Assembly (NCBI GenBank): GCA_028355955.1
Contig: JAOMTQ010000002.1
Location: 2,754 to 66,753 of the forward strand
Length of the DNA stretch: 64,000 bases
Reading direction: 5' to 3'
Origin: Methylophilaceae bacterium
GTDB taxonomy: Bacteria > Pseudomonadota > Gammaproteobacteria > Burkholderiales > Methylophilaceae
The notes below the pieces were generated by a model. The model did not search any database. It worked only from the letters and a program-made list of their open reading frames with translations, and had not been told where the DNA came from. Numbering within the stretch: the stretch's first letter is position 1; every line of letters begins with the position of its first letter. Of this stretch, positions 20,929 to 31,343 are shown piece after piece. The translations under genes and the position numbers were made by a program.

Positions 20929-22031
20929 TAACGGATTTTAAGACTTGCTAGACCAATAAGAACGAGCATCATTGTTATTATCCAAAATCTTACGACAACT
21001 TGCGTTTCTTTCCACCCTTTTTTCTCAAAATGATGATGCAACGGTGCCATCAAAAAAATTCTTCTTCCTTTTCCATATTTTTTCTTTGAATATCTAAAGT
21101 ATGAAACTTGAAGTATGACCGAAATTGTCTCAACTACAAAAATACCTGCCATAATTAGTAAGATAATTTCTTGTCTTACAATAACTGCAATTGTCCCCAT
21201 TGCAGCGCCGATAGATAGAGAACCAAGATCCCCCATAAATACCTCTGCTGGATATGCATTAAACCAAAGAAAACCAAGCCCTGCACCTGCAAGGGCTGCA
21301 CAATAAATAACTAGTTCACCAGCACCTTTAATATATGGTATGTCTAGATAATTAGAGAAAATAACATTTCCCCCTAAATAAGCAAAAATACCTAGAGCAC
21401 TTATGATCATTACTGCTGGCATGATTGCTAACCCATCCAGCCCATCTGTTAGGTTAACGGCATTACTACTTCCTACCACGACTAAATAGGTAAAAATTGT
21501 AAATCCAATAAAGCCTAACGGTATACTCAAATCTTTAACAAATGGAATCAACAGAGAAGTTTCTTGCGAAGAATTTGCATTTAAAAAAAGGTACAAGGCA
21601 ACAACGATAGCAACAAACGACTGTAAAAAATATTTAGTTAATGCCGACATACCATCAGAACTTTTATATTTTATTTTACCATAATCATCAACCAGACCAA
21701 TCGCACCAAATGATGTCGTAACAAAAATCATAAGCCATATATAAGTATTCGAAAGATCTGCCCATAGCAATGTTGAAATTAAAATTGATATTAAAATTAA
21801 TCCTCCACCCATTGTGGGTGTACCCATTTTTTCTATATGTGTTGTGGGGCCATTCGCTCGAACATACTGCCCAAAACTATAGTCACCTAATTTTTTAATA
21901 TACCAACCGCCAAATATAAATGAAATTGTAAGCGCTGTAATTACAGATAAAACAGCTCGTAAAGATAGATAATTGAATATATTCAACATTGAGTAATCAT
22001 TTGATAGCCATTTTAGAAATTCATATAACAT
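20928..22031 (-). CDS. mraY: Phospho-N-acetylmuramoyl-pentapeptide transferase
   Basis: [19 protein letters not shown] and APLHHHFE motifs. Confidence 0.98.
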   Translation of the reverse strand: MLYEFLKWLSNDYSMLNIFNYLSLRAVLSVITALTISFIFGGWYIKKLGDYSFGQYVRANGPTTHIEKMGTPTMGGGLILISILISTLLWADLSNTYIWLMIFVTTSFGAIGLVDDYGKIKYKSSDGMSALTKYFLQSFVAIVVALYLFLNANSSQETSLLIPFVKDLSIPLGFIGFTIFTYLVVVGSSNAVNLTDGLDGLAIMPAVMIISALGIFAYLGGNVIFSNYLDIPYIKGAGELVIYCAALAGAGLGFLWFNAYPAEVFMGDLGSLSIGAAMGTIAVIVRQEIILLIMAGIFVVETISVILQVSYFRYSKKKYGKGRRIFLMAPLHHHFEKKGWKETQVVVRFWIITMMLVLIGLASLKIR

Positions 22032-22046
22032 AATTTATTTTCTCAA

Positions 22047-23391
22047 CTATTTAATTAATTTTTCTACAATCTCTTCCATCTTCATTGACCTTGATCCTTT
22101 GACTAGAATAGTTGAATCTTTCATACAAGAATATAAATACTTAACTAACTCGTCCTTACTATTAAACCAAACATTGTTTCCATCAAGTAATGAAATTACC
22201 TCTTTTACATATTTCCCTACGCCTAATGTTATATCTATTTTAGTCTCTTTAATGAATCTGGAAAGTTCTTGATGATATATTCTTGAATTTTCCCCTAGTT
22301 CAGCCATATCTCCAATTACTAAAATTTTTTTTCCTTGAAACCCATCAAGAACTTCTATAGCTGATTGAAAGGATGATGGGTTTGCATTGTATGTATCATC
22401 TATTATTGCTGTCCTTTGTTTTCCTTCCTTTAACTCCAATCGACGAGGGATAGAATTTACATTTTCTATACCTTCCTTAATTTTTGTCGGATTAATTTTT
22501 AACTGATAAGCACATGTTGCAGCGGCTAAAATATTTGAAATATTGTTTTGTCCTAATAATTTAGGTTTAATCTCAAGTTCATATTTAGGAGTTTTGATAA
22601 GAATTGTTTTGTTATTTAAAAATTCACATGAGATATCAGCATCATTTCCCATTCCGAAGGATAATACTTTTACATTTTTTAAATCCTTTACTAAAAAACT
22701 AAAAAATTCACTATCTTTAGGAAGAATTGCTACGCCATCAGCTTGAAGGTTTCTCAAAATATCTTTTTTTTCGTTTGCTATCGCTTCTCTATTTTTAAAA
22801 TTTTCAATATGAGCTTCTCCAATATTAGTTATTACAGCTAAATTTGGTGGGGCAATATTTGCTAAATAACTAATTTCATTAGGGTGATTCATACCCATTT
22901 CAAGAACTATATGGGTATAAGATGAATTTAAATTAAAGATAGTTAGTGGAAGTCCAATATCATTATTATAATTTCCTCGAGTTGCTAGAATCTTATTTTG
23001 GCCATAGTTTGAATCTAATATCGACTTAATTATCTCCTTCGTGGTTGTCTTTCCATTGCTACCAGTTACCCCAATAACAAATGGATTAAATTTCTTTAAA
23101 ATCAAAGAGGCAATGTCTGCTAATGATTTCCTTGAATCATTTACTAATATTGTTTTACTAGAGTTTTTTCCCTCATCAGAAATTATTGCTGCTATTGCTC
23201 CATTTTTTAAATGCTTCATTGATATAATCATGCCCATCAAAATTTAAACCTTTTATTGCAATAAATATGTCATCTTTCTTTATTTTTTTTGAATTGATAC
23301 TAATTGCATGAATTTTTCTTTTAAGAAATTCCATAGACTTAGGGTTTTTATCCAAAACTGCTTCATAAATATCTTGAATAGATAAATTAAT
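22047..23391 (-). CDS. murF: UDP-MurNAc-tripeptide--D-Ala-D-Ala ligase, frameshifted at an A6 run (23203-23208)
   Basis: GSNGKTTTK, EMGMNH, DDTYNANP and KGSR in ORF 22047-23240; the N-terminal part (NLSIQDIYEAV..FIAIKGLNFDGHDY) lies in another frame upstream. Confidence 0.93.
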
Positions 23392-24829
23392 TTTTTGATT
23401 TCCTTTCTTTTAAAAATTTTTCAATCACTTCTCTGTCAGAAAAATAATTTTTTTGATTTCCTATTTCTTGAAATTCCTCGTTTCCTTTTCCCGCGACGAT
23501 AACAAGCTCATCATTATTTGCCATTTCGATTGCCTTACATATAGCTTCTTTTCTATCAACAATTTCTATCGGCTTTTTATTAAAGTGTCTACTAATATCT
23601 TTAATAATATCTATTGGATTTTCATGTCTTGGATTGTCGGTTGTTATGATGCATTGGTCAGCTAACTTTTCAGCAATTTTAGCCATTGCTTTTCTCTTCC
23701 CCTTATCTCGACCTCCACCAGCACCAAAAACTAATAGTATTTTTTTGAATGCATTATTTTTTACGCTCTTTAAAATATTTTCTAACGCATCGCCTGTATG
23801 AGCATAGTCAATCATAACTGATGGAAAGCTATCACCACTTCTTATATATTCAGATCTACCTGGAACTGCTTTAATACTTTTTAGGCTATCAATTATTTTT
23901 TTTATTTCAAACCCCTTTGAACTCAAACAACCTACGACACCCAATATATTATAAATATTAAAATAACCACTAAATTTTAATTTAATTGGAAAGAACTCTC
24001 CGTAGTAATTAAGATCAAATTTCAAATTATTATTATTTTGACTTATATTAGTAGCTTGTATATTCGATTTCTTATGAATTGAAAAACTTATTTTTTTTTC
24101 AATTGGTAAAGTAGACTTTTTAAAAATTGACTCCCCAACTTTATCATCAACATTAACTATGATGCTTGCATTCTTTCCATCCAACATAAATTTTCTTTTT
24201 ATATCTGAGTAGGCCTTCATTGTCTTATGATAATCCAGATGATCCCTAGTAAGATTTGTAAAAAGCCTTTCATTAAAATCAATATTATTTATTCTTTTCT
24301 CTTTTATTCCGTGGGATGAAACTTCCATTGCTATATTTTTATATTTTTTTTTGCATATATCTTTTATTACATACTGAATATCTATTGCGCTTGGTGTGGT
24401 ATTTTGTGTTTTTTTATAATTCTTTGCATCTCCATATCCAAGAGTCCCTATGAATGCTGTTTTGCTCCCTAGATAATTTAGACATTGGGTTAACCAATAA
24501 GCAGTTGTTGTTTTACCATTAGTTCCGGTAATTCCAATGATTGATAATTTTTTTGATGGATAGTCATAAAATTTTTCCCCAATTGATGCAAGTTTGCTTT
24601 TAAGGTCATTGATTGAGATTGACGGAACATTTACATTTAAGTTTTTTTTAAAATTTGCCGATTCAAAAATAACTCCCTTTGCCCCATTATTAATTGCCTG
24701 CTCAATAAAGTCTCTTCCATCAAATTTTTTACCAGGATAAGCAATAAAAACTGTATTTTTAGAAATTTGTGTTGAATCTAGAGTCAATTTATCAAATTGC
24801 TCCAAAAAAATCTCTAATTCATTTTTCAT
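23387..24829 (-). CDS. murE: UDP-MurNAc-dipeptide--meso-DAP ligase
   Basis: GTNGKTT, MEVSSH, DYAHT and DNPR (DAP specificity) motifs. Confidence 0.97.
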   Translation of the reverse strand: MKNELEIFLEQFDKLTLDSTQISKNTVFIAYPGKKFDGRDFIEQAINNGAKGVIFESANFKKNLNVNVPSISINDLKSKLASIGEKFYDYPSKKLSIIGITGTNGKTTTAYWLTQCLNYLGSKTAFIGTLGYGDAKNYKKTQNTTPSAIDIQYVIKDICKKKYKNIAMEVSSHGIKEKRINNIDFNERLFTNLTRDHLDYHKTMKAYSDIKRKFMLDGKNASIIVNVDDKVGESIFKKSTLPIEKKISFSIHKKSNIQATNISQNNNNLKFDLNYYGEFFPIKLKFSGYFNIYNILGVVGCLSSKGFEIKKIIDSLKSIKAVPGRSEYIRSGDSFPSVMIDYAHTGDALENILKSVKNNAFKKILLVFGAGGGRDKGKRKAMAKIAEKLADQCIITTDNPRHENPIDIIKDISRHFNKKPIEIVDRKEAICKAIEMANNDELVIVAGKGNEEFQEIGNQKNYFSDREVIEKFLKERKSKN

Positions 24830-26562
24830 ATCTCTTTTTTATCATCATCGGACTCGGTTTTTATTTTTATTTCTATTTCATCTTGCGGAATTGAGTATAT
24901 TTTTAGAGCCTCTGAAACTACTCTCCTGAAGATAGGACCTGCTACAACTCCACCATAATTCGACCCTTTTGATGGATCTTCGATTGTTATTGCCATAATA
25001 AACTTAGGATTTGAGGCAGGTGCAAGTCCAACAAATGAAGCATTATATTTCATTTCCCCTGGCTTTCCATAACCCACTCCCTTAACAAACTGTCTAGCAG
25101 TTCCTGTTTTTCCTGCAACTCGATAACCTGGAATTGAAGCTTGAATTGCAGTGCCTCCTTCTTCTGTAACTGACTCCATAATTTTTAAAACAGCCTCCGA
25201 AGTCTTTATAGACAAAACACGTTGCCCAATTTTTATAGGATCATTTTTAAATAACCTTAAGTTCTTTATCTCCCCTTTATTAGCAAAAGGTGTATAAGCT
25301 CTGGCAAGTTGGGCAACTGTTGTGCTTACTGAATAACCATAACTAGCACTAAAATGATCTCGCTTCTTCCATGAGCCATGGTCACGCATAACTCCTTTCG
25401 ATTCTCCTGGTAAGTTAGCCCCAGTTAAATTACCGATACCAAAGTTAGAGTAAGTTTGCCATAAATATTTTTTACTCAATTTTTCAGCAATTTTAGTAAC
25501 ACCAATATTTGATGAAGTTTGAAGTATTTCTTTGACAGATATGATGCCATGTGGCTTTGTATCAGTTATCTGGGTTCGTCCAACTCTATAAAACCCGTTG
25601 CCTGTATCTATTTTTGTATTCACGCTTACTACCTTTTTTTCTAAAGCAGCTGCAATGCTAATTGGTTTTATTGTTGAACCTGGTTCAAAAGCATCAGTGA
25701 TAACTCTATTCTTCACAAAAGAACTTCTCTTTTTCATTCTTTCATTCGGGTTAAATGATGGATAATTTACCATTGTTAAAATTTCACCTGTTTTTGAATC
25801 AATAAGAATGGCAGAGCCAGAAATTGCTTCGGAATCATTAATTGTTTTTTTAAGGGATTGAAAAGCTATGTGTTGAAGGCGTTTATCAATTGTTAAATGG
25901 ACATCTTTCCCGTCAACTGGAACCCTAACTTCACTCAGATTATCAACCACCCTTCTTTTTGCATCAATTAAAACCTTTTTCCAGCCATGTGTGCCCGATA
26001 AATAATCATTTTTCTTATATTCAACTCCTTCGAGACCATTCCCATCATTTCCAGCAAAGCCTACCACATGTGCAGATATTTCTTGGTCTGGATAAGATCG
26101 TCTATAGTCTTTTTCGGTACCAATTCCTGGAATTTGTAAGGCTAAAATTTTAGAAGCAATTTTTGGATCAACCTTTCTTTTTAAATAAATATGATTTTTC
26201 TTGGACGTTAATTTTTTATTTAGAAATTTTATTTTTATATCTAAAAGATTAGCTAATTTCCTTTTATCTCCTATTTTAAATTCAACTCTATTCGGCTCCA
26301 TAGTTATACTTCTTACAGTCTCACTCGCAGCTAATATTTGATTATTTCTATCATAGATTTTCCCTCTATATGCATAAAGATCTATTTTACGATTGCTTCT
26401 ATCAAAACCCTCTTGTTGTAAGAAGTCCTTTTGCATTCCTTGGAGAAAAAAAGCACGAGAAAATAATATGCAAAATAGTGTTAATAGAACAAGAAGCATG
26501 AACCGCCTTCTAAATTTTGAAAGCTCAAAAAACTCATGATTTTTTTTGATTTTTGATCTCAT
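24826..26562 (-). CDS. ftsI: Penicillin-binding protein 3 (class B)
   Basis: RGKIYDRN; SxxK (STIK), SSN and KTG motifs. Confidence 0.97.
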   Translation of the reverse strand: MRSKIKKNHEFFELSKFRRRFMLLVLLTLFCILFSRAFFLQGMQKDFLQQEGFDRSNRKIDLYAYRGKIYDRNNQILAASETVRSITMEPNRVEFKIGDKRKLANLLDIKIKFLNKKLTSKKNHIYLKRKVDPKIASKILALQIPGIGTEKDYRRSYPDQEISAHVVGFAGNDGNGLEGVEYKKNDYLSGTHGWKKVLIDAKRRVVDNLSEVRVPVDGKDVHLTIDKRLQHIAFQSLKKTINDSEAISGSAILIDSKTGEILTMVNYPSFNPNERMKKRSSFVKNRVITDAFEPGSTIKPISIAAALEKKVVSVNTKIDTGNGFYRVGRTQITDTKPHGIISVKEILQTSSNIGVTKIAEKLSKKYLWQTYSNFGIGNLTGANLPGESKGVMRDHGSWKKRDHFSASYGYSVSTTVAQLARAYTPFANKGEIKNLRLFKNDPIKIGQRVLSIKTSEAVLKIMESVTEEGGTAIQASIPGYRVAGKTGTARQFVKGVGYGKPGEMKYNASFVGLAPASNPKFIMAITIEDPSKGSNYGGVVAGPIFRRVVSEALKIYSIPQDEIEIKIKTESDDDKKEI

Positions 26563-26813
26563 TTAATTATTCTTTTCTGTTTTTTCTCTGGTGGATTCAT
26601 TTTTAATTTGCCTTTCGCATATTCTGATATTCTTCCGTTACCAGATTTTGAAGATTCTTGAATCAAGAGTTGATTCTGTTCATCTTTTAACTCAATAGTT
26701 TTTCTTTTTTCTATTTCTAGGGCATGGTGATTTACACGATATAAATGATGGGCATTAATTTTTACTAATGCGAATATAATTAATAAAGAAAAAAGTATTA
26801 GATTCAACTTCAC
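26559..26813 (-). CDS. ftsL: Cell division protein FtsL
   Basis: TM plus coiled coil, A..KLKM..P; position between rsmH and ftsI. Confidence 0.88.
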   Translation of the reverse strand: MKLNLILFSLLIIFALVKINAHHLYRVNHHALEIEKRKTIELKDEQNQLLIQESSKSGNGRISEYAKGKLKMNPPEKKQKRIIK

Positions 26814-27741
26814 CTTTCCTCCGAAATTTTTTCTATCACTCGTAACTTTGCACTTCTTGATCTCTTATTTTTTAATATTTCACTCTTTGAGGGAGTTTGG
26901 AGTTTTTGAACAACCTTAATAGGAGCAGATTTAATTTGTTTTTGATAAATTGGAATTTTTTTTGGGACTGTGTCAGTATTCAATTTATCTTTAATGAAAT
27001 TTTTAATAATTCTATCTTCAAGTGAATGAAAACTTATAACAGCCAGCCTCCCATTTGTCTTTAAAGCTTCTAATGCTGCAGGTAAAACCTCCTCTATTTC
27101 TAACAGTTCTTCATTTACCTTTATTCTTAATGCTTGAAATGTTTTTGTTGCTGGATTTTTATTTGAATCAAATTTTGGGATAGCTTTATTCACCAGATCT
27201 GCTAATTCGGTAGTTCTTGATATTTTTCCTTTTTCTTCTCGATGTTTAATGATCGCTCTGACAATTTTTTTGGCAAATTTTTCCTCGCCATAGTCATATA
27301 AAAGCTTTACTAATTCATCATATTCAAAATTATTAATAATTTCTGAAGCAGTTAATTTTTGATTTTGATTCATCCTCATATCTAGATTTGAATCTAATTG
27401 AAAACTAAACCCACGTTCTGCTTGATCAATTTGTGGTGATGAGATTCCTAAGTCCATAAGAATTCCATTTGGTCTTTGAAAATTTTTTTTTTTAGAATAT
27501 CTTTCAAGTTTTTAAAGGAAGCGTGAACTATCTCAAAGCGCTTATCTTTAATTATTTTACCTTCTGTGACAGCCTCTAAATCTTTATCTAGCGCTAGCAA
27601 TCTACCATCATCATTCAATTTCTTAAGTATTTCTTTTGAGTGGCCACCTCTTCCAAAGGTACAATCTATATAAAAACCATCTGGGATAATATCTAATGCA
27701 TTTATAGCCTCATGAAGCATCACAGGAATATGTTTGCTCAT
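26810..27741 (-). CDS. rsmH: 16S rRNA m4C1402 methyltransferase, frameshifted at an A11 run (27483-27493)
   Basis: HIPVM..DCTFGRGGHS in ORF 27448-27741 and DLGISSPQ..SFHSLEDR..RSAKLR in ORF 26810-27457. Confidence 0.95.
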
Positions 27742-28184
27742 AATGAAAAACCTTTAAGTTCATCAGGAAAATCATTTTCTTCAGTAATATTTATTTGGGC
27801 TAAATGTTCATAATAGTAATCGCAATTCCAAATTTCAAAATGACTTCCCTGACCAATGAAAATTGCATTTTTATCTATTTCAGCGTAATTTTTTAATTCC
27901 GAGGGGATTAACAATCTATTTGCTTTATCAAGAGTAATGTCCTCAGCGAACCCTACTAGTAATCTCTGAAGCCCACTAGATTTTTTTTCAAAGCTTGATA
28001 AATTCATTATTTTTTCTTGAATCGGCTCCCATGCAAACTGGGGGTATAAAAGTAAACATTTGTAAATATGCGCTGTTAGGACTAACAAGCCTGATGACTC
28101 TATAAGAATTTTTTCACGATACTTTGTAGGGATCGCAATCCTATTTTTTCCATCTAAGTTAATTCGTGTTGCACCTCTATACAT
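27738..28184 (-). CDS. mraZ: Division/cell wall cluster transcriptional repressor MraZ
   Basis: Two AbrB-like repeats (DGKNRIAIP, DKANRLLIP), FEIW; first gene of dcw. Confidence 0.96.
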   Translation of the reverse strand: MYRGATRINLDGKNRIAIPTKYREKILIESSGLLVLTAHIYKCLLLYPQFAWEPIQEKIMNLSSFEKKSSGLQRLLVGFAEDITLDKANRLLIPSELKNYAEIDKNAIFIGQGSHFEIWNCDYYYEHLAQINITEENDFPDELKGFSL

Positions 28185-28250
28185 AAATAATACCTCTTTA
28201 CCTGGGAAAAAAATGGGAAATTACTTAATACCCTTAGTCTTACTAAGCAA

Positions 28251-28315
28251 TTTCCCACAAATTACCACTTTTTCCCTAACATAGACACTATAGGTAAAAA
28301 AAAAGCGCAATGCAA
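28251..28315 (-). promoter_or_regulatory. dcw sigma70 promoter and MraZ-binding direct repeats
   Basis: Minus strand TTGCAT(28315-28310)-17 bp-TATAGT(28292-28287), followed by TAGGG/GTGGT/GTGGG at 10-bp period. Confidence 0.7.
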
Positions 28316-28324
28316 GCGCTTTTT
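28296..28324 (-). terminator. Intrinsic terminator downstream of rnpB
   Basis: AAAAAGCGC-aatgcaa-GCGCTTTTT; T9 tail on the minus strand. Confidence 0.65.
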
Positions 28325-28362
28325 AGTTTTAAATGTATATATAACAATGATTTATAGGTAGA

Positions 28363-28647
28363 AGGTAAGTTGACCTATAAGCCGGGTTCTGTCTTGGACA
28401 GTCATTCATCTAGGCATATAATTGCTCATATGCTCAAGCAGCCTACCCGATGACAACACGAGCCGTGCTAATGTCACCCTATTTGGCCTTGCTCCGGGTG
28501 GAGGTTACCGCGTTTCACCGTAACTAAATACGCTCGTCTCTGTGGCCCTATTCCTCATCTCACAATGTATGGCTGTTAGCCATCACCCTGCTCTGGGAGC
28601 CCGGACTTTCCTCTACACAAAAATGTAGCGACTGTCTGGTCAACTTA
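28363..28647 (-). ncRNA. rnpB: RNase P RNA (bacterial class A)
   Basis: Minus strand GAGGAAAGTCCGGGC ... ACAGAACCCGGCTTA P4 pseudoknot motifs; terminal P1 AAGTTGACC/GGTCAACTT. Confidence 0.97.
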
Positions 28648-28672
28648 ATTCGTATTTTATCACCGAAGTTTA

Positions 28673-29710
28673 TTAAATATTAGAACAATTCCAACCAATT
28701 TCTTGACCTGCCATCAGGGGAACAATATCGTCATTATCAATTTTTATAACGGTTGGAACTTTATTTCTGGATCTAGTTAATTTTAATTTCTCTTTGCTTT
28801 GATTAAGCTTATAAAAATAAGCACCAAATTTACTACAAAAATTTTCTAATTTTTCAATAGCATTATTTTGATCAAATATTTCAGCGTAAATCTCCATTGC
28901 ATTTAATGCGGAATATATTCCTGCGCACCCACAGCTACTCTCTTTTTCAGCTCTTTTATGAGGGGCACTGTCTGTACCTAGAAAAAACTTTGGGTTCCCT
29001 GATATAGCTGCATCTAGAACTGCAACTCTATGTTCTTCTCTTTTCAATACTGGTAAACAAAATGCGTGTGGTCTTAACCCACCTAAAAATAATTCATTTC
29101 GATTATAAAGAAGATGTTGTGGAGTAATGGTCGCGGCAATTTTATTGCTTGATTCTTTCACAAACTCTGTAGAATCTTTTGTTGAAATATGTTCCAAAAC
29201 TATTCTAAGCTTTGGAAATTCTTTATGGACTCTTGATAAATGTTTTTCAATAAATATTTTTTCTCGATCAAATATATCTACACTTACGTCATTAACTTCC
29301 CCATGAATTAGCAGAGGAATGTCCAATTCTTGCATGATTTCAAAAATTTTGTAGCCTGACTCGAAAGAATCCATGCCTTTACTTGAGTTTGTCGTAACGC
29401 CTTTAGGATAAAGCTTAATACCAATGATTTTTGAAGATACTTTGATTTTTTTTAATTCTGCTAAAGTTAGCCCTTCATTAAAATAAATAGTCATTAACGG
29501 TTCAAATTGATGACTTTTAGTATGTTTTTTAATTTCATCATAATATATGTGTGCTAACTCAGTATTTATAATTGGGTTTTTTAGGTTGGGCATAATAATA
29601 GCTCTTCCAAACTGGCTTGCTGAGTGTTGGCTTACTACCTTTAACATCTTTCCTTCCCTAAGGTGAAGATGCATATCATCAGGTCTTGGAATAATTAATT
29701 CATTTATCAT
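28673..29710 (-). CDS. pyrC: Dihydroorotase (homodimeric type)
   Basis: DDMHLHLR, KLYPKG and GTDSAPH motifs. Confidence 0.97.
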   Translation of the reverse strand: MINELIIPRPDDMHLHLREGKMLKVVSQHSASQFGRAIIMPNLKNPIINTELAHIYYDEIKKHTKSHQFEPLMTIYFNEGLTLAELKKIKVSSKIIGIKLYPKGVTTNSSKGMDSFESGYKIFEIMQELDIPLLIHGEVNDVSVDIFDREKIFIEKHLSRVHKEFPKLRIVLEHISTKDSTEFVKESSNKIAATITPQHLLYNRNELFLGGLRPHAFCLPVLKREEHRVAVLDAAISGNPKFFLGTDSAPHKRAEKESSCGCAGIYSALNAMEIYAEIFDQNNAIEKLENFCSKFGAYFYKLNQSKEKLKLTRSRNKVPTVIKIDNDDIVPLMAGQEIGWNCSNI

Positions 29711-30545
29711 TATTTTTTATTCCTAAAGCTAAATTATATATTTCATTTTTCTTCATTTTAAAAATTTGTGATACAAGTTTTACAGACTGGTTCAAACTTA
29801 ATTCATTAAGCATAATTCTTAGAGCATTTTCTGCCTCAATAATGTTTGAGTTTTTTTGTTCAAGCTCTACACCCTCTATAATAATCACAAATTCACCCTT
29901 AAGGTTATGTTTTTCTTTTCTGAATTTTATTAATAAATCATTCAAATTTTCTTTATAAATAGTTTCATACAACTTTGTTAATTCACGGCCTACAAATATT
30001 CTCTGCTCCAATCCATAAATTTCCTCAAGTATTTCTAATGTTTTTAAAACGCGATGAGGAGAAACAAAAAAAACAGAGGTGTATTGACTCTCATAAAATT
30101 GTTTAATTACATTTCTACTTTTACTATCTGTATTTGGTAAAAAGCCATAGAAATTAAATTGTGTTGAAATAACACCAGCAACTGAAAATGCCGTGGTGAT
30201 TGAGGAAGCTCCAGGTATTGGAATAACTTTAATTTTGGCTTCTAAAGCTTTATTAACCAGATAAGCTCCTGGATCACTTATGCCTGGGGTACCTGCATCA
30301 GAAATATAGGCAACTGTCTTACCACTCTGTATTTCTTTTATTAAAAAACTACTTTTTTTTTCCTCATTATGCTGATGTAAAGAGACAAGTTTTTTATTTA
30401 TTGAAAATTTAGATAGCAAATGCTTGGAATGTCTTGTATCTTCACAGGCAATTAAATCAACACAATTTAGAATTTTAATAGCTCTAGAAGAAATATCATC
30501 TAGATTTCCTATAGGTGTACCAACAATATAAAGGGTTGAGCTCAT
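29700..30545 (-). CDS. rsmI: 16S rRNA Cm1402 2'-O-methyltransferase
   Basis: TPIGNL, CEDTR, SDAGTPGISDPG and RELTK motifs. Confidence 0.97.
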   Translation of the reverse strand: MSSTLYIVGTPIGNLDDISSRAIKILNCVDLIACEDTRHSKHLLSKFSINKKLVSLHQHNEEKKSSFLIKEIQSGKTVAYISDAGTPGISDPGAYLVNKALEAKIKVIPIPGASSITTAFSVAGVISTQFNFYGFLPNTDSKSRNVIKQFYESQYTSVFFVSPHRVLKTLEILEEIYGLEQRIFVGRELTKLYETIYKENLNDLLIKFRKEKHNLKGEFVIIIEGVELEQKNSNIIEAENALRIMLNELSLNQSVKLVSQIFKMKKNEIYNLALGIKNNDK

Positions 30546-30616
30546 TTAAACAATCTATGTATAATTTGTTAATTAAATAAATATAAAATTTATCAGATAA
30601 GTATATAATTTATTCT

Positions 30617-31246
30617 ATGCAAGCTAAATCAAATTATTTTTTAATTTCTTTTATTTTATCAATCACAATATTATTACCTGGCTGTGCTGCTGGAATTCTT
30701 GGTGTACCAACTTCATATTCAGATAGAAGAACAACTGAGTCCCAAATTACTGACGAAAAACTAGAATGGCAAACAGTATTAAAAATACAAGATATTGAAG
30801 GTGAATTTAGGGTAAATTTTGTTAGTTACAATCAAGTGGTCCTTATTACTGGGCAATCACCAAATCAAGAAATTATCAATAAAATATTTAGCATTGTTAA
30901 CAATATGGAAAATGTAAAAAAAGTAGATAACTATATGACTGTAGGTCCTGAAAATACAGTGAAGGGAATTGCAAACGATATCGCCATTACAAGTAATGTT
31001 GTATCGAGAGTATTTGCTGAAGATGGTAAGGATCAAATTCAACTTTCAATATTTCATTTGAAAGTATTCACAGAGGAGAGAGTTGCTTACTTGATGGGTA
31101 TTTTAAACCAACAGGAAGCAGATAAAGCTGTATCAATTGCGCAATCTTCAAGGGGTGTTAAAAAGGTTGTTCCTTTATTTGAAATTGATAACTCTTACAA
31201 ATCAAACTATGAAAATGAAACACAAGAAACTGAAGAAATAAATTAG
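30617..31246 (+). CDS. Dual BON-domain lipoprotein (DolP/YraP-like)
   Basis: Lipobox LPGC, DRRT, two BON repeats; divergent from rsmI. Confidence 0.85.
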   Translation: MQAKSNYFLISFILSITILLPGCAAGILGVPTSYSDRRTTESQITDEKLEWQTVLKIQDIEGEFRVNFVSYNQVVLITGQSPNQEIINKIFSIVNNMENVKKVDNYMTVGPENTVKGIANDIAITSNVVSRVFAEDGKDQIQLSIFHLKVFTEERVAYLMGILNQQEADKAVSIAQSSRGVKKVVPLFEIDNSYKSNYENETQETEEIN

Positions 31247-31343
31247 TTATTGATAAACCTTATAGTTTCAATTATCATATCGATATTCTGAAGAACATTT
31301 CTTAATTTTAAACCAAATCTTAGTAACAAAATTCAATAAATAT

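Noticed and set aside
23203-23211. TTTAAAAAA in murF as a programmed -1 frameshift site
   Set aside because: The shift needed is +1 (or -2), and the slippery heptamer is not in the required phase
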